Assembly (NCBI GenBank): GCA_963665815.1
Contig: OY762463.1
Span: 2,528,001 to 2,592,000 of the forward strand
DNA length: 64,000 nt
Source of the DNA: Candidatus Cloacimonadales bacterium
GTDB lineage: Bacteria > Cloacimonadota > Cloacimonadia > Cloacimonadales > JAIOQZ01
Direction: 5' to 3'
Under the pieces are notes generated by a model. The model was not told the DNA's origin. It saw only the letters and a list, made by a program, of their open reading frames with translations, and searched no databases. A program made the position numbers and the translations under genes. Positions 51,547 through 60,616 of this stretch are shown in pieces; positions within the stretch are counted from its first letter, which is position 1, and each line of letters opens with the position of its first letter.

Positions 51547-51882
51547 CTAAAATACAGTAAAAAGAACGATTCCAATAATTCCCCTTACAATACTTATTGA
51601 TGAAACGAATATAAAGAACCAGTTGATCTGAGGGAAAAACATGTAAACTATAGCCATTATAACTGCTACAAGCATACTTTCATAGCTGTTTGACTTTTGA
51701 AGAAGAGCCATTTCTCTTTCATCCGGTGTATAGTTTTTCTGAACTGCAGTCATTCCCACAAGGAACGGGATAAAACCAATAACTATTCCGACCATTCCAA
51801 ATTTGATGCAGGCAAAATACGTTACTACTCCTGCCAAAAACTGTATTGCAAACATAAATACATAGTTTCCTTTTAATTTCAT
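51547..51882 (-). CDS. Small membrane protein (DERE motif) coupled to an HTH regulator
   Basis: Four TM segments; PDERE; overlaps the upstream HTH gene. Confidence 0.75.
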   Translation of the reverse strand: MKLKGNYVFMFAIQFLAGVVTYFACIKFGMVGIVIGFIPFLVGMTAVQKNYTPDEREMALLQKSNSYESMLVAVIMAIVYMFFPQINWFFIFVSSISIVRGIIGIVLFTVF

Positions 51883-52088
51883 TTTTCCTCCTTAATTAAT
51901 GTGAATATTTCTTCCACCTTTGTTTCGAATACTTCAGCTAGCTTTAAGGCAGTTATAACAGATGGCACAAATTTACCTTTCTCAATTGAATGTATTGTCT
52001 GACGACTCATTTCAACGGCTTTGCCAAGTTCTTCCTGAGTTAAATCAAATTTGGCTCTCCAAATTTTCAGACTGTTATTTATTTTCAT
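51879..52088 (-). CDS. XRE/Cro-family helix-turn-helix regulator
   Basis: LTQEELG..V.MSRQTIHSIEKGKFVPS..ALKLA. Confidence 0.92.
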   Translation of the reverse strand: MKINNSLKIWRAKFDLTQEELGKAVEMSRQTIHSIEKGKFVPSVITALKLAEVFETKVEEIFTLIKEEK

Positions 52089-52241
52089 GTTCACCTCTGA
52101 CTACAGAGTTTATTATAATATTCTTTTTGTCAAGTATACTTTACATTTTTATAATTATAATTGTCATATTTAGACTATTTTCAATGAAATTGAAGTGTAA
52201 TAATTCTGGAGATTTCTAGTTTAAAAATGGTGTATCATTAA

Positions 52242-52259
52242 GACAAACGGCCGTTTGTC
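52242..52259. repeat. Divergent REP-like palindrome
   Basis: GACAAACGGCCGTTTGTC, similar to the GACAACCGTCCGGTTGTC family. Confidence 0.5.
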
Positions 52260-52396
52260 GCTGCGAGATTGGCTGAGACCTAATTAATAGACTTTTACTT
52301 AAAAGGATCAGTTGACTCGATACTTCTTTAACAAATTCTGTATGATTTTACTGTTATGCAAAGCACTGATACTTAAGATCAAAACTAAGCAGAAGG

Positions 52397-52807
52397 TTAC
52401 AATTCCCATCCTCTGGCGTTTTTTTCTGAATTCTGATGTCTCTTCATACTTTTTTTGTACTCTGGAGAGACCATTCTTTTTTTCTGCAAGATATTTACTT
52501 CTTTTGTTATAGTATTGAGAATAATTTGTATCTCACATAAATTCTGAGCTTTATTAGAATTGTTTACATTACCGGATATATTAGAAAGTTCATTATATTG
52601 TTTTGTTCCTGCATTCAGCAAGCAACATGAAGCACAGATAATACCCTTACTTCTATTAGTAACATTATTAACCTGCAAACCTCTGGGTCTGACTGCTCCC
52701 TGATAATTAAATGAAGCATTCGTTAATCCGTTTAAAAGCGTCCTTTTAAGAAACTGGTTTATACCGGGATTCACACACACGCAAAGTTGCGATAACATCA
52801 CTACCAT
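52397..52807 (-). CDS. Hypothetical protein, paralog of the upstream gene
   Basis: Shares LSQL.V..NP.I...L.R.L.N...SF...G...P.GLQV...G.I.A.C.LL with 52809-53171. Confidence 0.7.
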   Translation of the reverse strand: MVVMLSQLCVCVNPGINQFLKRTLLNGLTNASFNYQGAVRPRGLQVNNVTNRSKGIICASCCLLNAGTKQYNELSNISGNVNNSNKAQNLCEIQIILNTITKEVNILQKKRMVSPEYKKSMKRHQNSEKNARGWEL

Positions 52808-52808
52808 T

Positions 52809-53171
52809 CTATCCTCCTTGTTCCTCCAATCCTAATCCATAATCCATAGACAACCTGACATCTCCGGCATTAGTATTTACTCTCAAATGAACTCCTGCCA
52901 GTTTATAAGCATCTTCAAATTGTTGAATTGATACATTACCTGATGCAATTGACTGGCATTCCTGCATGCTGATACTTAACAACGAACAGACAGCATAAAT
53001 AACACCATTTCCTTCATGTGATATGTAATCCACCTGTAATCCCTTAGGCTGAGAATGACCTTTAAATTCAAATGATGTGCTTCCTTTAACATTATTAAAC
53101 AGTGCTCTCTGTAGATGTTCCTCAATATCAGGATTAGTCCATACACTTAATTGTGATAGAGTTAACTGCAT
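52809..53171 (-). CDS. Hypothetical protein, paralog of the downstream gene
   Basis: ATG at 53171 after AGGAG; same shared motif. Confidence 0.7.
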   Translation of the reverse strand: MQLTLSQLSVWTNPDIEEHLQRALFNNVKGSTSFEFKGHSQPKGLQVDYISHEGNGVIYAVCSLLSISMQECQSIASGNVSIQQFEDAYKLAGVHLRVNTNAGDVRLSMDYGLGLEEQGG

Positions 53172-53535
53172 CACAAACTCCTTGAATAAAATATCCAGAA
53201 AAATCAAATACTCTTTTTTTTACACAGATATACAATACATTGAATTATCAATTATACATCAATAATTAAAACCTTTGTTACAATGTCAATTAAAAAAAAA
53301 CTTATTGAGTAATTTTCATTTAGAAACAGATTTGAATATATATTCAATAAACTTATTTTTTTGTCATGTCTCTGCTTTTAATACATCAAGATAATTCTCA
53401 TTTATTCGATATAGATAATGTCTGAATGTTTTCATTGACTATTAATCATGGTCGTCTAAAATATTTGACACAAAACTCGGCATAATATGAATGTTTATTA
53501 TTACCTTGAATTTTAGATTTGAATGGAGATAAATA

Positions 53536-56500
53536 ATGCTCAACAGCCTCAAATGGATGATGATAAAGAATGATCCTGATAAAATGTATAACACTTATTT
53601 TGATAATCCGGGAATGAAGGATCAGATTATTGAGAGATTGTTTGAACTGAACAGCCTGAAAGATCTTATAAATATTTCCATGAAGGATCCGGCTCACAGA
53701 ACTGAAATTCTGACCAGATTACATGAAGATAAACAACTTGATATCTACCATTATCGCGAAATACTCAAGTGGCTTCAACAATCAGTACTGCAAAGCAAAA
53801 TGATCCAGTATATCAGTAAAAACTTTAAAAGAAGAGAAATTAATAACCTACTGAATACCAAAGATATACCTCGACCAGTCAAGAATAAAATTGCTATTTT
53901 GAGCGGAATCCAGCAGAAATCAACAAGTAAGACCAAACCTGATAATGAAGATTATATAAAACTGAAAATACTGATTGAAGAAAACGATATTGCATTACAG
54001 GAATCATCTGGCAAAGAAAAAGTAGAAAACGAATCAACATCATCAGAGAGTGCAATTATTGCAGAGTTTATTGAGAAAAGAAAAACTTTCGGTCAACAGG
54101 AAGAGTTTGATTATCTGAAAAATATAATTATAGAATGTAAGAAAAAAAATTCATATAATGTGGATTTTATACTCTGCCTGATTAATCTCTCCAAACTGTC
54201 TTCTGCTAAAAAAATAGATATTGTTCGAGAGGTTGAGTGCGAAGAACTGATCGACCCTAAAGCATTCCAAATTATCAGCGACAGTTCCGAACTGCCATTT
54301 TCCATATTCAGATCTTTATTCTCTTTAACGACAATAAATGAATGGATTGCGACTTTTTTGAGAACTCATTATGATTCTGATTTGTTTTATCTGTATTCAA
54401 ACTATAAGGCATTCAGCTGGCTTTCTTCATTTCTGCATAATATTGAAATAGCAGAAAGTATTGATATTAATACATCTGACGTGAAATACTATCTAAGATC
54501 TGAGTTCGGATACTGGCTTTATGATCTGATTCCAAATCAGGATCTTCTAAAAAAACTGAAAGAATCCTGCCATCAACTGCAAAACTACATTGATCTGAAT
54601 ATTCACAATGAAAGTTTCGATATAGAGTTTTTCCTGAAACCTTTCCTTCTTATTGGCGGGGACGACAATATAAATTATATCGCATCACTTCTTAATAGAA
54701 GAGTAGTCGAAAGTACTCAGAATACAATTCGTCAAATTGAGTCTAACTACCTGATGCTGAAGACAAAAATTGATAATCCGGATGAACTTCAGAAACTGAT
54801 TGATAATGAAATTGTTGAGAAAGCAAACCTTATATCCAAACGCTCTTATCTGAGTGTTGCAAATCTGTTTTTCAAGACTTTTTCGGATGTAAAGAACCTG
54901 TATCCATCAGTAAAAAAAATACTTACCAATAATCTGCCTGATCTAAGCAAATATAAACACATGATCAGCAATCCTGAAGTTAAAATTATGATCTGCAAGT
55001 TTATAGGGTTTCTTAAACTTACCGATTATAAGAGTCTTCTTCAGGAATTTCTCGGTAGCAGTGACTACAGAGTATCCCTACAGGCAGCTATATCACTTGA
55101 ATGTATAAGTGATGCAAGTGTAAAGAAAGTACTTCAGGAGTTATCACAATCGCCAAACTATGTAATTCGTGCTAAGCTGGCTGAATCATTACAGTATCTT
55201 CAGAATAAACCGGATGATAAAATACTTTTTAAACTTGCCCAGGATAAGAACCTTGAGGTATGTAAGAATGCAATAAATACAATAAAAATGCTTCCTGTTG
55301 ACACTGCACTGAAGTATTTTGAGAAAATAATACCTAATACATATTATAAGAACAAACCATTCTTAAGTAAAGCCCTGGGAGAAATTGCTACAATTGATGT
55401 TCTACCGCTTCTTGTTGAGCTTGTCAGACACGCAGATAATGATGATTATCAAGCTATTATAAATGCAATATCCAACATTGACCATGATCTGAGTGAAGAA
55501 TTTCTCGGTTTGTTAAAGCTTAATGGAAATCATCATCTTGAGCTGGAAAGGGCAAAAGCCTTGATTAAGCTTGGTAGTACAAAAGCCTGGGGACAAATTG
55601 ACAAATACATGTCATTTAATTCTCCTAAAATAGCTACCGAAGCAAAAATATTCTTTCTTCAGCAAAGTTATGGGGAAAATCTTGATACATACAGAAAACT
55701 GACATTCGATAACTCTCCTATTATTGCTACTCTGGCAACAGGAAAACTGTTCATTTACGATGAAGAAGCCGGTTGGGAAGCTATAGAAAGACTTAGAAAT
55801 ATGGATAATCCCGATAAAAAGTATCTTCTCGCACATCTGTTTGCACATCTTCCGTTTGCAAAAATCAAAAAAACACTATACACAATCAGTCAAACAGGGG
55901 ATTATTCTACAAAAATAATATCAGCAATTATTTTCTACAAAAATGGAGTTCCAAATCATCTTCAGAATATTGAGAATGCTATATTAAGTCTTTCTTCCAA
56001 AGAACACCTGGAATTAATTAAGGGAATCAGAGAATTTCCTAATAAATACTGCATGTCTATCATTCGAAAGATTGCAATATTCCAGAACCCTGAAACATTC
56101 GAAAAAGCGTTGAATCTTCTTGAAAACCTGCCTGCTGATGAGGCACTGGAAATAGTGAAATTTCTGTGGAATAAAGCTAATATAAATTCCAAAGTATCAA
56201 TTGTCAAAATATGCTCGAGAATTAAAAGCAATCAGTTCATCCATTTCCTTAAATCAAACATATCTAATCAGTCACTCGAACTTACATCAGAACTTGCCTA
56301 TGCACTTATATGTCAGGGGGATGACTCAGGATGGAATATATTAAACAATCTGCTGCATACTAACCAGGAAATGCCTTTGATGATCGTTCTCGAAAGAGTT
56401 GCGAGAATTAACTCCCAGCAATCATTCACAATACTCACTAATCTTCTGTCTAATACAAGTGAAAATGTGCAGTCATTTATTATAAAATCACTTGGAACGA

Positions 56501-57459
56501 TGAAAATGCGTGAGGCGTTACCGGTACTTGAAAAATATTCCCGGTCTTTTTCAAATAAAGTAAAGATATCAGTAGCAAAATCTTTAGGTGAAATGAATAC
56601 ACCGGAATCTTATACGATTCTGAAATCACTGTCAAATGATAAGGATGAATATGTAAAAGTTGCCGCAGAAATTGGATTGCAGAAGATGGAAAAAGGTGTT
56701 GTATCTGATCTCACAAATTATTTCAATATTTTCCAGTCAATATTCAAAATGAGAGACTGGAAGTTATCACCTGACTGGTTTACAAAGAGTTATATCAATT
56801 TCGTAAATTTCTATGATAAGTATGAATCAAAAGATATCATGCTGTTTGATAAAGCATCTATCCTGGATGATATGGAAATGCAGAGAAGAAAGAAGAAGAT
56901 ACAGACTGACTTGAACAGAAAATTGATCGGCAGCACAAATGTTGACGAAATTATGAAAGCAAAAGAAAAAGCTGCTCTGGAAGAGAATTCCATTTCTACA
57001 AAAGGATCTCTTATAAAATCCATGCTGCAGTTAAACAGCTATAAAATCAAACCGGAAGTCTGGAATATCATTAATTCAGCTGTAAAATCCAATGATTCAC
57101 AAGTATTGAAAGCCGTTCTCCTTCTGTCTGTTAACTCCAGAGATAAGAAATGGCATAATGCACTGAAAATTATTTCTGAGAAAGTAGATCATGACCATCT
57201 GATTGATCTTCTCATATATTCTATTTTCAAGAAGAAATCAGGTCTGTTTCTGCCAATTATCATCACTATGCTGAATAAAGAAAGAGCCAGATACTATTTT
57301 CTTTATTTGTATAATCATTATCTGTTGTATTCAAATGAAATTGCTGTTACTCATTTGCGTGAAGCAAGAAAAACAGCTCAAACACTCAATGCTCCACCAC
57401 AAATTAAAGAAGCATTAAAACATATTCTGAATTCACTTGTTGAGCTGAAATTATCATAA
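53536..57459 (+). CDS. Large HEAT/PBS-lyase-like repeat protein
   Basis: 1307 aa; repeated units such as DYRVSLQAAISL, NYVIRAKLAESL, NKVKISVAKSLG and DEYVKVAA. Confidence 0.8.
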   Translation: MLNSLKWMMIKNDPDKMYNTYFDNPGMKDQIIERLFELNSLKDLINISMKDPAHRTEILTRLHEDKQLDIYHYREILKWLQQSVLQSKMIQYISKNFKRREINNLLNTKDIPRPVKNKIAILSGIQQKSTSKTKPDNEDYIKLKILIEENDIALQESSGKEKVENESTSSESAIIAEFIEKRKTFGQQEEFDYLKNIIIECKKKNSYNVDFILCLINLSKLSSAKKIDIVREVECEELIDPKAFQIISDSSELPFSIFRSLFSLTTINEWIATFLRTHYDSDLFYLYSNYKAFSWLSSFLHNIEIAESIDINTSDVKYYLRSEFGYWLYDLIPNQDLLKKLKESCHQLQNYIDLNIHNESFDIEFFLKPFLLIGGDDNINYIASLLNRRVVESTQNTIRQIESNYLMLKTKIDNPDELQKLIDNEIVEKANLISKRSYLSVANLFFKTFSDVKNLYPSVKKILTNNLPDLSKYKHMISNPEVKIMICKFIGFLKLTDYKSLLQEFLGSSDYRVSLQAAISLECISDASVKKVLQELSQSPNYVIRAKLAESLQYLQNKPDDKILFKLAQDKNLEVCKNAINTIKMLPVDTALKYFEKIIPNTYYKNKPFLSKALGEIATIDVLPLLVELVRHADNDDYQAIINAISNIDHDLSEEFLGLLKLNGNHHLELERAKALIKLGSTKAWGQIDKYMSFNSPKIATEAKIFFLQQSYGENLDTYRKLTFDNSPIIATLATGKLFIYDEEAGWEAIERLRNMDNPDKKYLLAHLFAHLPFAKIKKTLYTISQTGDYSTKIISAIIFYKNGVPNHLQNIENAILSLSSKEHLELIKGIREFPNKYCMSIIRKIAIFQNPETFEKALNLLENLPADEALEIVKFLWNKANINSKVSIVKICSRIKSNQFIHFLKSNISNQSLELTSELAYALICQGDDSGWNILNNLLHTNQEMPLMIVLERVARINSQQSFTILTNLLSNTSENVQSFIIKSLGTMKMREALPVLEKYSRSFSNKVKISVAKSLGEMNTPESYTILKSLSNDKDEYVKVAAEIGLQKMEKGVVSDLTNYFNIFQSIFKMRDWKLSPDWFTKSYINFVNFYDKYESKDIMLFDKASILDDMEMQRRKKKIQTDLNRKLIGSTNVDEIMKAKEKAALEENSISTKGSLIKSMLQLNSYKIKPEVWNIINSAVKSNDSQVLKAVLLLSVNSRDKKWHNALKIISEKVDHDHLIDLLIYSIFKKKSGLFLPIIITMLNKERARYYFLYLYNHYLLYSNEIAVTHLREARKTAQTLNAPPQIKEALKHILNSLVELKLS

Positions 57460-57462
57460 AAG

Positions 57463-57511
57463 AAAAGCCTGAAGACTTAGTCAACAGGCTCAGGCTGTAC
57501 ACTAACAGCCT
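57463..57511. terminator. Terminator hairpins between convergent genes
   Basis: AAAAGCCTG...CAGGCT and AGGCTGT-ACACTA-ACAGCCT. Confidence 0.55.
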
Positions 57512-57586
57512 CCTAAAAAAACTTATGCAAAAAACCTCTGCATTAACAGTATAAATTTACACTATAATACAGGGTTCTTAGAAATA

Positions 57587-58690
57587 TTAATATAAATTTA
57601 TCATTTCTGCAACTTTTTCTGCAATTGCAAGAGATGCTGTAAGGCCCGGAGACTCTATTCCCATCAAGTTTATGAAGTTCTTTAATCCTCTGTCAGACTC
57701 TTCCTTAATATAGAAATCTCTGAATTTTACATCCTTTGTATGAAGCTTAGGTCTTACTCCAACATCATCCGGGTGTAACTGCTCCTTGTCCACTGTCAAG
57801 TACTGGTTTATTGCTTTCCAGAACTCTTCTTTATAGGTCTCATCCATTTTATAATCTACTGAATCAACATAATATGCGTTTGGACCAAATCTTATCTCGT
57901 TATTAAGATTTATAGTAAGATGAATTCCAAGAAATACTCCTGCAGGATCAGGTAAAGGATAAACCAGACGGTTAACATCTGCAAACGCATTGGTTTTGTA
58001 ATATTCCCCCTTACACCAGTAAATTTTCAAGTTATCAGCTTCAGTATCAATGCCCAGCATCTTCGAAATACTCTCACAATATAGACCTGCACTGTTAATA
58101 AGATACTTGACTCTGAAAACTTCACCATTTTCAAACTTCACAATGTATTTATCATCTTCTTTGATAATCTCTGTGACTTTCATATCATAGACAACAAAGC
58201 CGTCATTTTCTTCGAAATTCTCTACAAGAGACTCCATATACTTATGAGTATCCAATATACCGGTAGAAGGAACATATAATCCTTCAGAAGCAATAATTCT
58301 CGGCTCAAGCTCAGAAATCTCTTCCTTATCAATCAGTCGAAGCCCTTCAACTCCGTTATTAACACCATTCTCCATCAGTTCAGACAGTTTAACTCTGTCC
58401 TCTTCACCATTACCAACAACTATCTTTGTACATTTTCTATATGGTACTTCATATTGCTCACAATAATCATATAGAAGCTCATTCCCCCTGACACAAAGTT
58501 CAGCTTTGTATGAATTCTGCTTGTAGTATATACCAGAATGAATCACCTCACTGTTTCGACTGCTTGTATGCCTTCCGAATGAGTTCTCCATCTCAACAAC
58601 TACGACATCATCCATTTTCCTGGAAATTTCATATCCTACTGCCAATCCGACAGCACCTGCTCCAATAATCAGAACATTAACATCTTCCAT
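57587..58690 (-). CDS. FAD-dependent oxidoreductase (L-2-hydroxyglutarate oxidase-like)
   Basis: IIGAGAVG, TSSRNSEVIHSGIYY and GIESPGLTASL motifs. Confidence 0.88.
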   Translation of the reverse strand: MEDVNVLIIGAGAVGLAVGYEISRKMDDVVVVEMENSFGRHTSSRNSEVIHSGIYYKQNSYKAELCVRGNELLYDYCEQYEVPYRKCTKIVVGNGEEDRVKLSELMENGVNNGVEGLRLIDKEEISELEPRIIASEGLYVPSTGILDTHKYMESLVENFEENDGFVVYDMKVTEIIKEDDKYIVKFENGEVFRVKYLINSAGLYCESISKMLGIDTEADNLKIYWCKGEYYKTNAFADVNRLVYPLPDPAGVFLGIHLTINLNNEIRFGPNAYYVDSVDYKMDETYKEEFWKAINQYLTVDKEQLHPDDVGVRPKLHTKDVKFRDFYIKEESDRGLKNFINLMGIESPGLTASLAIAEKVAEMINLY

Positions 58691-58691
58691 T

Positions 58692-59540
58692 TTATGCTCC
58701 TAAATTCATATTGTCGATAAGTCTGGTGTTACCATATCTTACAGCAATTACCACTCTTTCCTTACCGGTGGCAATTTTTACAGGACTAAGGTTGTTTTTG
58801 TCTATTATTTTTATATATTCTACCTTTCCATCATGTTCTGAGATCAGATTTTCCATTTTAAAAGCAATATCCTCAGTTGTCTTAATTCCTTCAGAATAAA
58901 GTTTTTGTGCAAACTTGAGACTCTTATATAATACAACAGCTCTTTCTCTCTCTTTTTTACTGAGATATTTGTTTCTGGAACTCATTGCCAGACCATCTTC
59001 TTCTCTGATTATAGGACAACCAACAACATTCACCTTCCAGAACATATCCTTGACCATTTTTTTAATTATTAACAATTGCTGATAATCTTTTTCACCCATA
59101 TACATGTTATCTGCTTCAGTAATATTTATGAGTTTGGCAACAACAGTAGTCACACCCTTAAAGTGATCTGGCCTTGTTACACCGCAAAGCAAAGAAGATA
59201 GTTTATTTACATAAACATTTGTTAAATCATTAGAAGAATACATCTCACCTGCATCAGGAGCAAAGACATAATCTGTTTCAAGTTCATTCAGCAGATCGAT
59301 ATCGCGCTTAAGATCTCTGGGATAGGAATCAAGGTCTTCATTTTCTCCAAACTGAGTCGGATTGACAAAAATACTGACTATAGTTGCATCATTGTTACTG
59401 ATTGATTCTTTCACAAGACTAATATGTCCATCATGCAGAAATCCCATTGTTGGCACAAAACCAATTGATTTGCCTTCAGAATGTAATGTCATACTTGTTT
59501 TTCTGACTTCATTCACTGTTCTGAGAAGTTTCAGGGCCAT
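58692..59540 (-). CDS. panC: Pantoate--beta-alanine ligase
   Basis: VPTMGFLHDGH, FVNPTQF, GEKDYQQ, GLAMSSRN and RLIDN motifs. Confidence 0.97.
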   Translation of the reverse strand: MALKLLRTVNEVRKTSMTLHSEGKSIGFVPTMGFLHDGHISLVKESISNNDATIVSIFVNPTQFGENEDLDSYPRDLKRDIDLLNELETDYVFAPDAGEMYSSNDLTNVYVNKLSSLLCGVTRPDHFKGVTTVVAKLINITEADNMYMGEKDYQQLLIIKKMVKDMFWKVNVVGCPIIREEDGLAMSSRNKYLSKKERERAVVLYKSLKFAQKLYSEGIKTTEDIAFKMENLISEHDGKVEYIKIIDKNNLSPVKIATGKERVVIAVRYGNTRLIDNMNLGA

Positions 59541-59554
59541 AATTTACCTCATTA

Positions 59555-59920
59555 TTAACCGGAAATTTTCTTGATATCCTTGTTTTCTTCATCTTCAACC
59601 ACAACAATCTGCGGAATAAGATTTTTTACTTCTTCATCATTCAGCATTGCATAAGCTACAATAATAACTTTGTCATGAATACTGGCAAGTCTTGCTGCAG
59701 CTCCATTAATACCAATAATACCACTTCCTCTTTCGCCTTTTATTACGTAAGTAGAGAATCTGTGTCCATTTGAGATATTATAAATATATACTCTTTGATT
59801 CTCCAGAATACCTGTCTGCAGCATCATTTCTTCGTCTATTGTAATACTACCGACATAATCAGGATCTCTCTGTGTCACCCTTGCCCTGTGTATCTTAGCT
59901 ATCATAAAATCTCTCAACAT
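59555..59920 (-). CDS. panD: Aspartate 1-decarboxylase
   Basis: MLRDFMIAKIHRARVT...YVGSITID (G-S cleavage site), NGAAAR; true start at 59920 with RBS (the ORF track over-extends). Confidence 0.96.
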   Translation of the reverse strand: MLRDFMIAKIHRARVTQRDPDYVGSITIDEEMMLQTGILENQRVYIYNISNGHRFSTYVIKGERGSGIIGINGAAARLASIHDKVIIVAYAMLNDEEVKNLIPQIVVVEDEENKDIKKISG

Positions 59921-60014
59921 GTTAACTCCTTTTTGTATTGAGGCAATTTCCGGAGACAAAAAAATATTGTCAATTTTTGTCATAAATATTATATGTACAC
60001 ATTGGAGGTAAAAA

Positions 60015-60452
60015 ATGAGAAAAACTAAATATTTGGTTCTATTTCTATTATTTTTCTCTTTTTCTGCTTTATCATCATTTACTGTGCTTATATCCGGAGA
60101 ACACAGTAAATTCAAAGATTGCATCAGAGAAAGTTTAATCAAAACGTTAAATGAAAAAAATATTATGTTTGAAGAAATCGATCTTAAGAAACTTAGAAAG
60201 ACGGATATCTCAAAGTATGATGCCTATATTCTTTTTGCTACCTGTAGGGCCTGGAACATTACAAAAAAAGTAAGAAAATTTATTGATAGAATTCCTGCTG
60301 AAAAGCATAGTAAAATACTTGTCTACTCAACAGCAGGAGACCCTGACTGGAAATATAAAGATGAAACTATTAATAATATATCTTCAGCCTCTAAGAAAGT
60401 TGATTTAAACAGCAAAATTGATAAAATAAAAGAATTTTTGAATACACTATAA
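60015..60452 (+). CDS. Exported flavodoxin-like fold protein
   Basis: Signal peptide; YDAYIL and ILVYSTAG segments. Confidence 0.55.
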   Translation: MRKTKYLVLFLLFFSFSALSSFTVLISGEHSKFKDCIRESLIKTLNEKNIMFEEIDLKKLRKTDISKYDAYILFATCRAWNITKKVRKFIDRIPAEKHSKILVYSTAGDPDWKYKDETINNISSASKKVDLNSKIDKIKEFLNTL

Positions 60453-60521
60453 AGATATTAAGTGATTCAATACTCTATATCTTTTGACCTTTCAAATTCA
60501 TAATGCAGTAATTTTACCTAT

Positions 60522-60537
60522 AGTTTCACGTGAAACA
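60522..60537. promoter_or_regulatory. parS centromere-like site
   Basis: AGTTTCACGTGAAACA, 15/16 match to TGTTTCACGTGAAACA, intergenic. Confidence 0.85.
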
Positions 60538-60539
60538 GC

Positions 60540-60571
60540 AAAAGCCTGCTGGTACTCAGCAGGCTTTTTTT
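60540..60571. terminator. Bidirectional Rho-independent terminator
   Basis: AAAAGCCTGCTG-GTACT-CAGCAGGCTTTTTTT between convergent genes. Confidence 0.9.
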
Positions 60572-60616
60572 ATAATCTATTACTATTTAAAAAATCAACT
60601 CAAAAGCTCATATTAT

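Noticed and set aside
59921-60142. N-terminal extension of PanD in the ORF track
   Set aside because: It overlaps the divergent gene; the RBS and family N-terminus point to the ATG at 59920.
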